The position numbers were made by a program, and so were the translations under genes. A stretch of DNA of 24,636 nt, from the NCBI GenBank assembly GCA_017303955.1, contig JAFLBC010000021.1, forward strand, positions 79,810 through 104,445, in the 5' to 3' direction. The notes under the pieces were generated by a model. It worked only from the letters and a program-made list of their open reading frames with translations, did no database searches and was not told the DNA's origin. Below, piece by piece: positions 7,956 to 17,525 of the stretch (the first letter of the stretch is position 1; each line of letters opens with the position of its first letter). Origin of the DNA: Acidobacteriota bacterium. Lineage in GTDB: Bacteria; Acidobacteriota; Blastocatellia; Chloracidobacteriales; JADJPF01.

Positions 7956-10868
7956 ATGAGACTAACGCTGGCTATATTAACTAAGATATATAAGCTAATG
8001 TTTATTACAATATTTATTGGATTATGTTCAACTTTAACATTAGCTCAAGCAACTAAAGGCGATTTTAACCTTGAAATTAATCCAAAATCTGCAACTATTC
8101 CCGTAGGCAATGCAACCAGCTTTAGTATTTCTTTAACACCTGTAAATGGATTTAATGAAGCAATAAAACTAACAGCTAGTTCTTCTGTAAAAATAGATAT
8201 AGATTTCTCTACTAATTCAGTTAGACCGCCAGCTACAGTGACTATGAGAGTTAGCGTCCCTGATACTATACAACCAGGTAGCTATACAATAGGTGTTACA
8301 GCAAGTTCTGGATCAATTACAAAATCACAAAATATAACTATTAATGTCCCTTCGCCAACTTTTAGCTTAAGTGTTAGCCCTACGTCTGTACAAACTACAC
8401 CAAACAGTAGCTTGGATTTTACTGTCTCAGTTGGTGGAGGAAGTGACTTAAAACGAGATGTTTCATTGAATGCTCAAAGCAAAGACGGCTTACCTGTGAG
8501 GTTGTCTAGTGATTTTGTTAGGCCTCCTGGCAGTGTTCGTATGACAGTTACTATTCCTACTGGAACGGAGATAAGAAATTATCAGGTAGTAGTTACTGGT
8601 AGTTTACCAGGCAGTACTACTTCACAAACTGCTACAGTTAACATTGATGTCAGACCTTTACCAGATTATAGGCTTAGCTTTAATCCTACTTCCATTTCTT
8701 TGGCTGCTGGTGAGTCAGGAGATGTTTTTGTCAACATAGCTAGTCTTAACGGGTTTGATCAAAATGTAGACTTAAAAATAGACACTGAACTTAAAGCTTC
8801 CCTTTCTTCCACTGTCATTAATGGAGCAGGTACAACTCGTTTATCTATTAATACAGATCGGAATACGGCTGTTAAAGATTATTTAATTACAGTCAATTCC
8901 TCTAGTAACACTAAAGGAGGAGTAATTACAAAACGCGATACTCTAACAGTTACAGTTACTGCACCGCCTGATTTTACATTAGTTGCTTTACCAAATACTT
9001 TAGATATAGATCCAGGTAAAAGTGCTAATGTTAATGTTTCTATTACTCCTACTAATAGGTTTACTGGAATAGTGAATTTAACAACAAATCCATCTAACCC
9101 TAATATTACAACTAGTTTAACTAGTAATAATATTGGCCCAAACTCAAGTGCAAGTTTAGCAATAAACGTTGGTGCTAATGTTGCACCAGGTACTTATGAT
9201 ATAAGCGTTTTTGGTTCATCTAGCGGAATACCGCAGAAAACAACAATAGTTAGAGTAAATGTTAAATCTGTAGGGGATTTTGACTTGTCACTTAACTCTA
9301 ATAAACAAGAAATTATGGCAGGCGAATCTGCTAATTTTGTTGTTAACACACTCGGACAAATGGGTTTTGCAGAAAGAATTACACTTTCTGCCAGTGTTGA
9401 TGGGCTTCAAACTAGCTTTTCTCCTACTACAATAGATGCAACTGCTATGTCAACTTTGATTGTTAATACTACACAAGAAACAGAGGCTAAAGATTATTTA
9501 GTTACTATTACTGCTAGAGGTGGAGGAATCACTAAGACCACAACAGCTACATTAACAGTAAAACCTCGCTTAATTGGTGATTTTACTTTGATAACTACAC
9601 CAGACTTGCAAACGCTTTCTGCTGGTAAATCAACATCTTTTAGTTTAGCAATAAATCCTGAAAATGGTTTTAATGAGCCAGTTAATTTAACTGCCGAAGT
9701 GTCAGAAAGCTCTATACAAGTAGTCTTTTCTAATAAAACTGCAAGACCTGGTGATAATATTTCTGCTACTATTATTACAACTGGAACTACACCTCCTCAA
9801 AATTACTCTATTAGAATTATAGGTGCTTCAGGTTCCTTAGTTAAAACTGCATTATTTGGCCTAAATGTTACTCCTCAAGTGCAGGAAGCTTTCTCCTTAG
9901 CATTAGCACCTAATCTACAAAGTATTGCTAATGGTGAATCTACAATGTTTACCGTTGGGGTAGTTGGTCGTAATGGCTTTAATCAAGCTGTTAGCTTAAG
10001 TGCTAGTACAACCGATCCAAGCATTCAACTTAATTTTGATAGTTCAAGTGTTAATGCTGGAGGCAATACTTTTATTACTGTAACTACTAGTTCTAATACT
10101 CAACCAGGCACTTACACTATTTCAATTACAGGTAGGGCAGGAAGTTTAACAGTTTCTCAGCCAGTAATTTTAGCTGTTCGTCAAGCTGTTCTAAAAGTAG
10201 ACATTAGCTTTGACCCTCCTCAAGTAGGGCAAATGGGGCCTCCACAAAATGTTAAAGTTGTAGCAACAGAATTAAAACCAGGACAAACTCAATCAATTAG
10301 AACAAGTGCCAATAAACTAGAACCTTTAGCAGATAGTGATTTAGCAGGCTTTAAGATTTATAGGCTTCCAACACCAGCAGAGGGACAACCAGCTTTAACC
10401 GCAGAAGACTTGGTAAAAGATGAAAACTTAATAGCTACAATTCCTAATGATACAACAACTTTTACTGATAATGTTCCAGTAGGGGCAAGCTCAACAGGTA
10501 ATTTCACTTATTCAGTAACAAGCTTTTTTGGAAATGGGCAAAATAGCAATGGTTCTAATCCTATGGGAACGGAACTACCTGTAATTAGAAATCCAAAGTT
10601 TATCAAAGGAACAATTTTCTTAGATTCAGCAAGTTCTTTTATCAACGCAACAGGCGCAACAATAATAATTAATGGTATAGATGAGTATCCATTAATTTTT
10701 AATTCTGAAGCTACTCAATTTACAGTTAATAAGAAAATTACCAGCTTACCAAGTAGCATAACTTTGAAAAAATTAATTAAAAAAGGTCAAACTGTAGAAT
10801 TAGTAGTTAGAAATAAGGATGGTAAACTGTCTGTAGCTAAAAGTCTTACTCGTCCTAAGAAAAAATAA
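7956..10868 (+). CDS. Large secreted/cell-surface protein (970 aa): N-terminal signal-like hydrophobic segment, seven tandem ~100-aa Ig-like (CARDB/NEW3-like) beta-sandwich repeats, and an FN3-like C-terminal region
   Basis: The N-terminus KLMFITIFIGLCSTLTLAQA is signal-peptide-like. Seven repeats share the pattern F-x-L-x-x-x-P....G.S..F.V.h...NGF...V.L.A....(Y.I.V.G.SG). The protein is Ser/Thr/Asn-rich. The C-terminal ~225 aa has FN3-like strands (NVKVVATELKPGQTQSI...FKIYRL...YSVTS). Confidence 0.7.
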   Translation: MRLTLAILTKIYKLMFITIFIGLCSTLTLAQATKGDFNLEINPKSATIPVGNATSFSISLTPVNGFNEAIKLTASSSVKIDIDFSTNSVRPPATVTMRVSVPDTIQPGSYTIGVTASSGSITKSQNITINVPSPTFSLSVSPTSVQTTPNSSLDFTVSVGGGSDLKRDVSLNAQSKDGLPVRLSSDFVRPPGSVRMTVTIPTGTEIRNYQVVVTGSLPGSTTSQTATVNIDVRPLPDYRLSFNPTSISLAAGESGDVFVNIASLNGFDQNVDLKIDTELKASLSSTVINGAGTTRLSINTDRNTAVKDYLITVNSSSNTKGGVITKRDTLTVTVTAPPDFTLVALPNTLDIDPGKSANVNVSITPTNRFTGIVNLTTNPSNPNITTSLTSNNIGPNSSASLAINVGANVAPGTYDISVFGSSSGIPQKTTIVRVNVKSVGDFDLSLNSNKQEIMAGESANFVVNTLGQMGFAERITLSASVDGLQTSFSPTTIDATAMSTLIVNTTQETEAKDYLVTITARGGGITKTTTATLTVKPRLIGDFTLITTPDLQTLSAGKSTSFSLAINPENGFNEPVNLTAEVSESSIQVVFSNKTARPGDNISATIITTGTTPPQNYSIRIIGASGSLVKTALFGLNVTPQVQEAFSLALAPNLQSIANGESTMFTVGVVGRNGFNQAVSLSASTTDPSIQLNFDSSSVNAGGNTFITVTTSSNTQPGTYTISITGRAGSLTVSQPVILAVRQAVLKVDISFDPPQVGQMGPPQNVKVVATELKPGQTQSIRTSANKLEPLADSDLAGFKIYRLPTPAEGQPALTAEDLVKDENLIATIPNDTTTFTDNVPVGASSTGNFTYSVTSFFGNGQNSNGSNPMGTELPVIRNPKFIKGTIFLDSASSFINATGATIIINGIDEYPLIFNSEATQFTVNKKITSLPSSITLKKLIKKGQTVELVVRNKDGKLSVAKSLTRPKKK
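8064..10187 (+). repeat. Seven tandem, diverged ~300-nt coding repeats (protein domain repeats) inside the 970-aa gene
   Basis: Repeat units start at about nt 8064, 8361, 8667, 8973, 9279, 9582 and 9891. Each encodes 99-103 aa beginning F/Y-x-L-x and containing a conserved N-G-F. They are diverged at DNA level (domain duplication, not a recent repeat). Confidence 0.7.
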
Positions 10869-10897
10869 ATTTTAACCATCAATTTGTAAATAAAAAT

Positions 10898-10924
10898 AGC
10901 CCAAGATAACACTTATCTTGGGCT
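10898..10924. terminator. Bidirectional rho-independent terminator between the convergent repeat-protein gene (+) and the ABC-2 permease gene (-)
   Basis: 12-bp perfect stem AGCCCAAGATAA/TTATCTTGGGCT with a 3-nt loop (cac). It is followed by attttatt on the + strand and preceded by aaaaat, giving a U-tract on the minus-strand transcript. Confidence 0.8.
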
Positions 10925-10930
10925 ATTTTA

Positions 10931-12049
10931 TTAAACATTACTTTGACGAAATCTTAGTGATGCTAACAGTAACATTACTAGTCCCATAACTAACATTACT
11001 GCTCCATTTACCCATAAATGATTAAAACCTGCTCCACGTAAAATAATGCCTCGCAAAGTATCAATATAGTAAGTTGTAGGAATAAAACGGCTTATCAACC
11101 AAAATATTTTTGGCATATTATCTAATGAAAAAATATAGCCTGACAAAAATATTGCTGGTAGCAATGTACTCATCGCCATTTGCATTGCTTCGCTTTGAGT
11201 ACGCGCTTTTGTAGAAATAATTAACCCCATCCCTAAAATAGTTAAAATAAAAGGAATAGAGAAAATTAATAGTAAAATTACACTTCCATGAATTGGTACA
11301 TCAAAAGCATAACGCATCACCAGTAAAATCCAGCAAAGCTCAAAAAATCCTAATATCCCATAAGGCAACATCTTTCCTACCATTAACCCTAATGGGCTAA
11401 TAGGTGCTAGGTAAAGATTTTCTAATGTTCCTCGTTCCCGTTCTTTTACTAAAGAAAATGAAATTAAAGCAATTAACATCATTTGTAAGACTACAGCGAC
11501 TAACCCAGGAATAAAAAAGTTAGCTGAACGAGTGCTGGGATTAAAAAGAACTTTATGCCGTGATTCAACTACACCAGGTGATTTTGCTACAATTCGTTTT
11601 AATGATTCTTGTAAAGTAATAGCACTAGATACATTTACTGCCTCACTTGTAACATTTGATTCCGAACCATCAACTAGCAGTAAGACACTAGTGTTTATAC
11701 CTTTTTGCAGAGCGCGTGAGTAATCTTCAGGAATTTTAATTCCAACTTTTGCTTCTCCTGCAACAATTTTATCATAAAGTTCCTTATCAGAATTTACTCT
11801 AGCAACTACATTAAAGTCATCACTATTAATATAACGTTCAATTAAAAGATGACTTTCCTGAGTTTTTGCCAGGTCATAAACTACTGTTTTTATTTGACGT
11901 ACATTAGTATCTACAGCAACGCCTAGTAAAACCATTTCAAAAATAGGTATAAAAAGAGCAAAAAATAATGTTGTTGGGTCGCGTAGTATCTGAAGTATTT
12001 CTTTCTTAAAAACAGGAATTAAGCCTGAAAAAAGATAATTTTCACTCAT
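10931..12049 (-). CDS. ABC-2 type transporter permease (YhhJ/YbhS-like), 372 aa
   Basis: N-terminal TM helix, then a large extracytoplasmic loop, then five C-terminal TM helices ([16 protein letters not shown]..., [22 protein letters not shown]..., [22 protein letters not shown]...). Its start codon overlaps the upstream ATPase stop by 4 nt (ATGA). Confidence 0.8.
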   Translation of the reverse strand: MSENYLFSGLIPVFKKEILQILRDPTTLFFALFIPIFEMVLLGVAVDTNVRQIKTVVYDLAKTQESHLLIERYINSDDFNVVARVNSDKELYDKIVAGEAKVGIKIPEDYSRALQKGINTSVLLLVDGSESNVTSEAVNVSSAITLQESLKRIVAKSPGVVESRHKVLFNPSTRSANFFIPGLVAVVLQMMLIALISFSLVKERERGTLENLYLAPISPLGLMVGKMLPYGILGFFELCWILLVMRYAFDVPIHGSVILLLIFSIPFILTILGMGLIISTKARTQSEAMQMAMSTLLPAIFLSGYIFSLDNMPKIFWLISRFIPTTYYIDTLRGIILRGAGFNHLWVNGAVMLVMGLVMLLLASLRFRQSNV

Positions 12050-13026
12050 AACTTTGTACCTCCTAACAGCGATATGTTGTTAGTAATATTATTAGTTAGA
12101 GTGACAAAAATATCTTCTAAGGAAGGTCTGATAGGGTTTATTACTAGATTTGTAAAACCTGCTGTTTCTAGGTCTTCTTTCAATTTGGAACTACTTTGAG
12201 TTTTTTCACAAAGCACATGAATTGATTGACCAAAAATTGTTGATTCCCAAACATAGGGAAGATCTTTAATAAAACTTAATGCTTCAGATGGAGAGCTAGA
12301 AAGAATTTCTAAGCGTGTTGAACCAACAGGAGAAACTTCTGGCAACGTTCTTAGTTCGTCAACAGTTCCAACAGCAATTAAGTTTGATAAATAGATATAA
12401 CCAACACGGCGGCATCTTTCGGCCTCATCCATATAATGTGTTGTAACAAAAATAGTTATCCCATTAGCAGAAAGCTTAAAAAGCAGATCCCATAAAGCCC
12501 GACGTGCTACAGGGTCAATTCCCGCAGTAGGTTCATCTAGGAATAATACTTCAGGTTCATGAATAATTGCACATCCTAAAGCTAAACGTTGTTTCCAACC
12601 ACCAGATAAAGCACCTGCACGACGTTCTAAATAAGGGGTTAAGCCTGTTAGCTCTAAAACTTCAGGTTTACGTAACTTTATTTGATCTTTTTTCATATGG
12701 TATATGCCAGCATAAAAATCTAAATTCTCATTTACTGTTAGCTCTTCATAAAGACTAAATTTTTGAGACATATAACCAATGCGTTTTTTAATTTTAAAAG
12801 AATCTTTATGAATATCTAAACCAAGAATTTTACCTTCACCAGTTGCATGAGTAATTAGCCCACATAAAGCTTTAATAATCGTAGTTTTACCAGAGCCATT
12901 TGGCCCAAGTAAGCCAAAGATTTCACCTGTTTTTACTTGAAAAGAAACTTTGTTAACAGCAGTAAATTTTCCAAATTTGATGGTTAAATTTTTTGTTGAA
13001 ATTACTGGATCTATTGTATTTATCAT
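12046..13026 (-). CDS. ABC transporter ATP-binding protein, 326 aa
   Basis: Walker [13 protein letters not shown] signature [12 protein letters not shown], Walker [13 protein letters not shown]-loop TTHYMDE. A ~90-aa C-terminal extension follows. It lies 3 nt after the HlyD gene. Confidence 0.9.
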   Translation of the reverse strand: MINTIDPVISTKNLTIKFGKFTAVNKVSFQVKTGEIFGLLGPNGSGKTTIIKALCGLITHATGEGKILGLDIHKDSFKIKKRIGYMSQKFSLYEELTVNENLDFYAGIYHMKKDQIKLRKPEVLELTGLTPYLERRAGALSGGWKQRLALGCAIIHEPEVLFLDEPTAGIDPVARRALWDLLFKLSANGITIFVTTHYMDEAERCRRVGYIYLSNLIAVGTVDELRTLPEVSPVGSTRLEILSSSPSEALSFIKDLPYVWESTIFGQSIHVLCEKTQSSSKLKEDLETAGFTNLVINPIRPSLEDIFVTLTNNITNNISLLGGTKL

Positions 13027-13029
13027 AGC

Positions 13030-14172
13030 TTACTCCATTGGCTTTAATTTAACATCAGCCGCCATGCCAGCCTTAAGTAAGCCTTCTTTGTTATCAATAT
13101 GAATTTTAATTGCAAAAACTTGATGAGAACGTTCATCACGATTTTGAACATTTCGGGGTGTAAATTCAGCTTTAGCTGAAATTTGTTCTACTTTTCCAAG
13201 AAAAGCTTTGTTAGGAAAAGAATCAACAAAAACTTCTACTTCCTGTCCAACTTGGACAAAACCCAGATCAGGTTCTGGCACATAGACACGTACACGAATT
13301 TGATCACTTTCCAAAAGTCTTGCAATAGGGCTAGTTGCTTGAACTAGATCGCCTACTCGAACACTAAGCAAATCTATTTGACTATCAACAGGAGCAATTA
13401 CTTCTGCTTCATTTAGTTGGGTGTTAAGTTTTTCAAGCGTCGCATTAGCTTCGGCTAGTCGTGCTTTAGCTTCCAAAATATCTTCGCTTCTTGCACCAGA
13501 TTTAAGTAATTTTAGGTTAGCAATAGCTTGTTGGTAACGTTCTTGACCTACACGAATATCTTCGCTTCTTGTTCCTGCTTCTAAAAGAGCAAGTTTTTGC
13601 TGTAAGGATTGATAACGAGAATCACTTAAAGCTACTTTAGCAGCCATATCATCACAGCTTTGTTTAGAAACATAGCCTTCCTTAAAAAGCTGTTCTAATC
13701 TAGCTAAGGAGGTTTTATAGTGATTTAGTTCAGCTTTTACACCAATAATTTCTTCTTTTAGTTGGGAAATTTCTTGGGGACGTGGGCCATTTTTTAAGGC
13801 TTCTAATTGGGCTAGTTCACGATTAACCGTTGCTTGGGCTTGTGCAATTTCTTCTGTCCGATAACCATTTTCTAGCTTTTTTAGATAAGCCTCAGCTTGG
13901 TCAATTTTTGCTTGGAGTTGTTTTTTTTCTGCTAGCAGGGTGTCATTATCAAATCGTACTAGAGGAGTCCCTTTTTTTACTATTTGCCCTTCTTGTGCTA
14001 AAACTTCTATGACACGACCACCAATTTTAGAACCAATTTGTACTTCTTGAGCTTCGATTGTTCCAAAAAGCAAAAGTTCTACTTTTGTGCTTTCGCTTTT
14101 TGTATACATTCCTGTTACTACAATACCAAATGAGATTAATAAAATAATGATAACAACAAGTTTTTTATACAT
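13030..14172 (-). CDS. HlyD-family membrane fusion (periplasmic adaptor) protein, 380 aa
   Basis: N-terminal TM anchor (LVVIIILLISFGIVVTGMY) and a long central coiled coil (repeated LxxAxxxL/E-Q heptads). The C-terminal beta-domain motifs (VRVRVYVPE, AADVKLK) are typical of HlyD/EmrA adaptors. Confidence 0.85.
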   Translation of the reverse strand: MYKKLVVIIILLISFGIVVTGMYTKSESTKVELLLFGTIEAQEVQIGSKIGGRVIEVLAQEGQIVKKGTPLVRFDNDTLLAEKKQLQAKIDQAEAYLKKLENGYRTEEIAQAQATVNRELAQLEALKNGPRPQEISQLKEEIIGVKAELNHYKTSLARLEQLFKEGYVSKQSCDDMAAKVALSDSRYQSLQQKLALLEAGTRSEDIRVGQERYQQAIANLKLLKSGARSEDILEAKARLAEANATLEKLNTQLNEAEVIAPVDSQIDLLSVRVGDLVQATSPIARLLESDQIRVRVYVPEPDLGFVQVGQEVEVFVDSFPNKAFLGKVEQISAKAEFTPRNVQNRDERSHQVFAIKIHIDNKEGLLKAGMAADVKLKPME

Positions 14173-14213
14173 TTGTCACCTCGTTATAAAAAAATGAAGA
14201 GAACAAAATAAAC

Positions 14214-16874
14214 TTAGTCTTTGATCATTATTTGGCCTTTATCACCGTCAACAGTTATATGTTGACCATTTTTAATTATAGTAAGCAGATTAGGAATATT
14301 TACTACTGCCGGTAGTCCATATTCACGCGCAACAATCGCGCCATGAGATAAAAATCCTCCTACTTGCATAACTATTGCTGAAGCACGTAAAAAAAGAGGT
14401 GTCCAACCTGGGTCAGTTGTAGGGGCTATAAGTATTTCTCCTGGAGCTAACAGATTGCCTTCTGATGGGTGCATAATAATTCTTGCAATACCTGAATATT
14501 TCCCGCTAGATACTGCTAAACCTTTTAATATTGTGCCATTTGAAGTTTTTTCTATTATTGCTGGTTTATTGACTGCGCTAGTATTTGTTGTAGGGTTGCC
14601 AAAATGATCAAAAATATAAAAATCTTTAATAGTTGTTTCTTTTAACCAAATTTCTCTTTGGTTTCTATTGTCTGTTGCTATTTCTCTTGCTCCTTGTCCG
14701 TTCCATTGGCCTGTTAAATAAGCTTCCATATCAAAACCGCTTAAATGAAAAATATCTGTTGGATCATCTAAGAAACCACTGTTAACAAGGCGTTTACCAA
14801 CTTCTAAGCAAATTTTTCTAATAGGCTCTATGGTTGCAACTAACGTAGATTTGCTAAGTTCGCGTAGTGCTGCACCTTGGCGAGCTTTTTTAGTAAACCA
14901 ATTGATTAAAGGACGATAAGGAAAAGAAAGCTGTGAAATTTCTTTTTCTGCTGCTTGACGAACTGCTATAGCAGTGTTTTTTGGGGAAGTGATGTTTTCT
15001 GAGCTTAAAATTAATTGTATTTGTTCAAATAAATAGCTAGGGTCTTCATTCCATCGTGGGTTGGCTGTTTCAGCTTCATAAACTGCCCGATGTCCAAATT
15101 CAGCTAAAAACTTTTCAAACTCTTGACGAAAACTAGATGTTTTAGGAAGCTTTTGCCAGTCTTTAGCAATAATTGGTGTTTGTTTTAGATAAGTAAGTGC
15201 GTCTGTGTCTTGTTGTGCTACTTTGGCTAAATGGTAAAGTTGATAACCATGCTCTGCTGTAGTAACTTGTCCGCTACCAGCTAAAACCGCTGTAGTTAAA
15301 GCCTCGGCCCTCTCAGGTTTAATTTTTGTTAGCGTTTCTTTAATTGGTGTCACCCACGCACCAGCATTAGCATTAGCCAACTGAAACTTTTTAGCAAATT
15401 CATATTGAAAAACTAAAATTTCCCTAACTAAATCTGCTAATTCTTGATTAGATTTACTTGCTACATCTGTGTTTTTCCAACCCTTTATGCGTGTTTGTAA
15501 AGTGACAATATCTTTTGGCATTTGTCGGGAAATCTTAAGCAATACTCTAAGAAATTTTATTTGTCTTAGTTTACGTGTTAATCCTACTTTACCTTTTAGG
15601 GGATCGCCTGAAGGCACAGGAATTAAAGGATGATGACCGCCTAGTCCCCGTGAAGTGTCTTCGGGAGACATTCCAACAGCATCATAAAAAGCCCATTGCA
15701 TAGTTGTTACTTCAAAATAACCACGTCCGTTAAAACGCTTAAGCATTGGTGAACCATCTTTTCTGGGATAATCCATTGCATCTAAGATTTCATATAAAAT
15801 TTCAGAAACAAAGTCATGCACCATATGCCAGGTTAAAGTAGTCGGTACACCTGCAACAGCGTCTTGAATATTTCCTGTTGACCAAATTATTGGTAAATGC
15901 TCAATATTTGGGAAAGTATAATGAGGTAAACGGGTTACAGGTCTAGCTTGAAGCAGCCAAAACTTTTCTCCATCAAATGCCCATTCTATGTCCTGTGGGT
16001 TATCACCTTTTCCTATTGCCCAATGAATACGCCAAACCAGTTGAGTTAATTTTATTGTTTGTTCTGGAGTTAAAACTTGTTGCTCAGGGCTTTTTCTTGA
16101 TATTTCAGTTAGATTACCTTCTTTAGATAAAACTGTAATTTCTTCAGGATTAACTTGACCACTAACCAGGGCCTCAGCTAAACCATTGACAGCATTAATT
16201 GTTACAACATTAAGTTGACCTGTTCGCGGGTCGCAAGAAAATGCTACACCGGCTGATTTAGCCTTGACCATCTCACAAATTACTACAGCACAAGCCACTT
16301 GGTCATCTTTCAAATTCATTTTACGACGATAAGCAATTGCTTGTGGTGTCCAAAGTGAGCCATAACAACCTTTAATTGCATCAATTATTTCTCTTAGCCC
16401 TTGAACATTTAGAAAACTGCGATGAATACCAGCAAATGAAGCCGTTTCGCTATCTTCTGCCGTCGCGCTAGAACGAACGGCAACAGATGTATTTAATAAG
16501 TTATTTTGTTTAAGAAAATTTTCTAGCTCTAATGTAAATTCTTTTGAAAAATTAATGTTGGCTAAAATCTCTTGGATTTTATTAAGTTTTTCTATTGTTT
16601 GAGCTTCTGAGACGGATAAAGGGGATATATTTTCTAATTCTAATTGTAGGCTTTTTAACTCTGGGCTAAGCATTATTTCTTGATAAAGGTTGGCTGTAAC
16701 TACACCGCCTACAGGAACTTGAAAGCCATAGCGGTAAAGCTGGCCTAATTTCCAGCCTTTTCCACCACAAAGCGCGGCTCCAGCTAATGCTGCTGTTGTC
16801 CAATCTAAGATTTTGCTACTTGTAATTTCTTCATCATTTATAAAATTAATTGCTACTTGACTTGCATTGCTCAT
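14214..16874 (-). CDS. PEP-utilising phosphotransferase of the PEP synthase/PPDK family with rifampin-phosphotransferase-like architecture: N-terminal ATP-grasp, ~450-aa middle domain, C-terminal His swivel domain; 886 aa
   Basis: N-terminal PPDK_N-type motifs (GGKGWKLGQL, VAVRSSATAEDSETASFAGIHRSF, QDIEWAF). The extreme C-terminus is the PEP-utilisers mobile domain with the catalytic His (APTTDPGWTPLF...GGFLSHGAIVAREYGLPAVVN). There is no C-terminal TIM-barrel PEP/pyruvate domain, so this is not a canonical PpsA or PPDK. Confidence 0.8.
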   Translation of the reverse strand: MSNASQVAINFINDEEITSSKILDWTTAALAGAALCGGKGWKLGQLYRYGFQVPVGGVVTANLYQEIMLSPELKSLQLELENISPLSVSEAQTIEKLNKIQEILANINFSKEFTLELENFLKQNNLLNTSVAVRSSATAEDSETASFAGIHRSFLNVQGLREIIDAIKGCYGSLWTPQAIAYRRKMNLKDDQVACAVVICEMVKAKSAGVAFSCDPRTGQLNVVTINAVNGLAEALVSGQVNPEEITVLSKEGNLTEISRKSPEQQVLTPEQTIKLTQLVWRIHWAIGKGDNPQDIEWAFDGEKFWLLQARPVTRLPHYTFPNIEHLPIIWSTGNIQDAVAGVPTTLTWHMVHDFVSEILYEILDAMDYPRKDGSPMLKRFNGRGYFEVTTMQWAFYDAVGMSPEDTSRGLGGHHPLIPVPSGDPLKGKVGLTRKLRQIKFLRVLLKISRQMPKDIVTLQTRIKGWKNTDVASKSNQELADLVREILVFQYEFAKKFQLANANAGAWVTPIKETLTKIKPERAEALTTAVLAGSGQVTTAEHGYQLYHLAKVAQQDTDALTYLKQTPIIAKDWQKLPKTSSFRQEFEKFLAEFGHRAVYEAETANPRWNEDPSYLFEQIQLILSSENITSPKNTAIAVRQAAEKEISQLSFPYRPLINWFTKKARQGAALRELSKSTLVATIEPIRKICLEVGKRLVNSGFLDDPTDIFHLSGFDMEAYLTGQWNGQGAREIATDNRNQREIWLKETTIKDFYIFDHFGNPTTNTSAVNKPAIIEKTSNGTILKGLAVSSGKYSGIARIIMHPSEGNLLAPGEILIAPTTDPGWTPLFLRASAIVMQVGGFLSHGAIVAREYGLPAVVNIPNLLTIIKNGQHITVDGDKGQIMIKD

Positions 16875-17505
16875 AAGGTGGAACTCCTTTAGCTAAAGAG
16901 AAATCCAGACTTGGTTTAGCACCTTCTAAAAACAAAGAAAGACAAAAATTAAGTTTTTCTTTTAATGAAATATTTTCACTAGATTCTAGCCAATATCTTA
17001 CTGAATGGATGAAAACAAGCCCAAAGATTTGTGAAAGCTCATAGGAAGAAATATCATTTCTAAGCTCGCCTTTTTCTTGTGCTGTGGCTAAAAACTTATG
17101 GACAACCTGCCTAAATGAAGGATGATCATGGCGTTCATGATGCTTTTTCATATGCTGATAATTACTAATGCTATAGTGGAAAAAAATATTAGCTAGCTTA
17201 CGGTTTTCTGTTAGCCATCTTGCGGCTTCTGCTAGAAAATCCTGAAGTGCAATAAGAGGTGATTGACCTGTTTCTATAGCTATTTGTGTACGCAAAGCGT
17301 TTTCTAACATAGCCGTTTCACCAAGTGCTAAAACTAGTTCCTCTTTACATTCAAAATGATAATAAAATGTTCCCTTAGCTACTTTGGCAGCTTTAGTAAT
17401 ATCGTCTATAGTGGTTGTTTCATAACCTTGTTTGGTAAATAGTGAAATTGCTGTAGAAATGATTTGCTCACGGGTGGCAGTTCGTTTTTCTTCTCTTAAT
17501 CCCAT
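16846..17505 (-). CDS. TetR/AcrR-family transcriptional regulator, 219 aa
   Basis: N-terminal HTH TREQIISTAISLFTKQGYETTTIDDITKAAKVAKGTFYYHFECKEELV is a canonical TetR_N. It is the first gene of the operon. Its 3' end overlaps the phosphotransferase start by 29 nt. Confidence 0.85.
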   Translation of the reverse strand: MGLREEKRTATREQIISTAISLFTKQGYETTTIDDITKAAKVAKGTFYYHFECKEELVLALGETAMLENALRTQIAIETGQSPLIALQDFLAEAARWLTENRKLANIFFHYSISNYQHMKKHHERHDHPSFRQVVHKFLATAQEKGELRNDISSYELSQIFGLVFIHSVRYWLESSENISLKEKLNFCLSLFLEGAKPSLDFSLAKGVPPYEQCKSSSN

Positions 17506-17514
17506 AGTTAATTT

Positions 17515-17525
17515 ATTGTAACAAT
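17515..17525. promoter_or_regulatory. 11-bp perfect palindrome ATTGTAACAAT immediately upstream of the TetR start; candidate operator
   Basis: ATTGT-A-ACAAT is self-complementary and sits about 10 nt upstream of the TetR ATG, in the TetR/coiled-coil divergent intergenic region. TetR regulators commonly autoregulate through palindromic operators. Confidence 0.25.

Noticed and set aside
7956-10868. The repeat protein as a recently expanded VNTR-like contingency locus
   Set aside because: The seven units are strongly diverged at the nucleotide level (conserved only at key residues). That argues for ancient domain duplication, not slippage-prone identical repeats.
11532-14012. Three + strand 60-63-aa ORFs antisense to the ABC permease, ABC ATPase and HlyD genes
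   Set aside because: All sit inside genes with unambiguous family motifs on the other strand. They are spurious.
14214-16874. Calling the 886-aa enzyme phosphoenolpyruvate synthase (ppsA) or PPDK
   Set aside because: Canonical PpsA/PPDK place the His swivel domain centrally, followed by a C-terminal TIM-barrel PEP/pyruvate-binding domain. Here the His domain ends the protein and a ~450-aa unrelated middle domain follows the ATP-grasp. That matches RPH-like phosphotransferases, not PpsA/PPDK.
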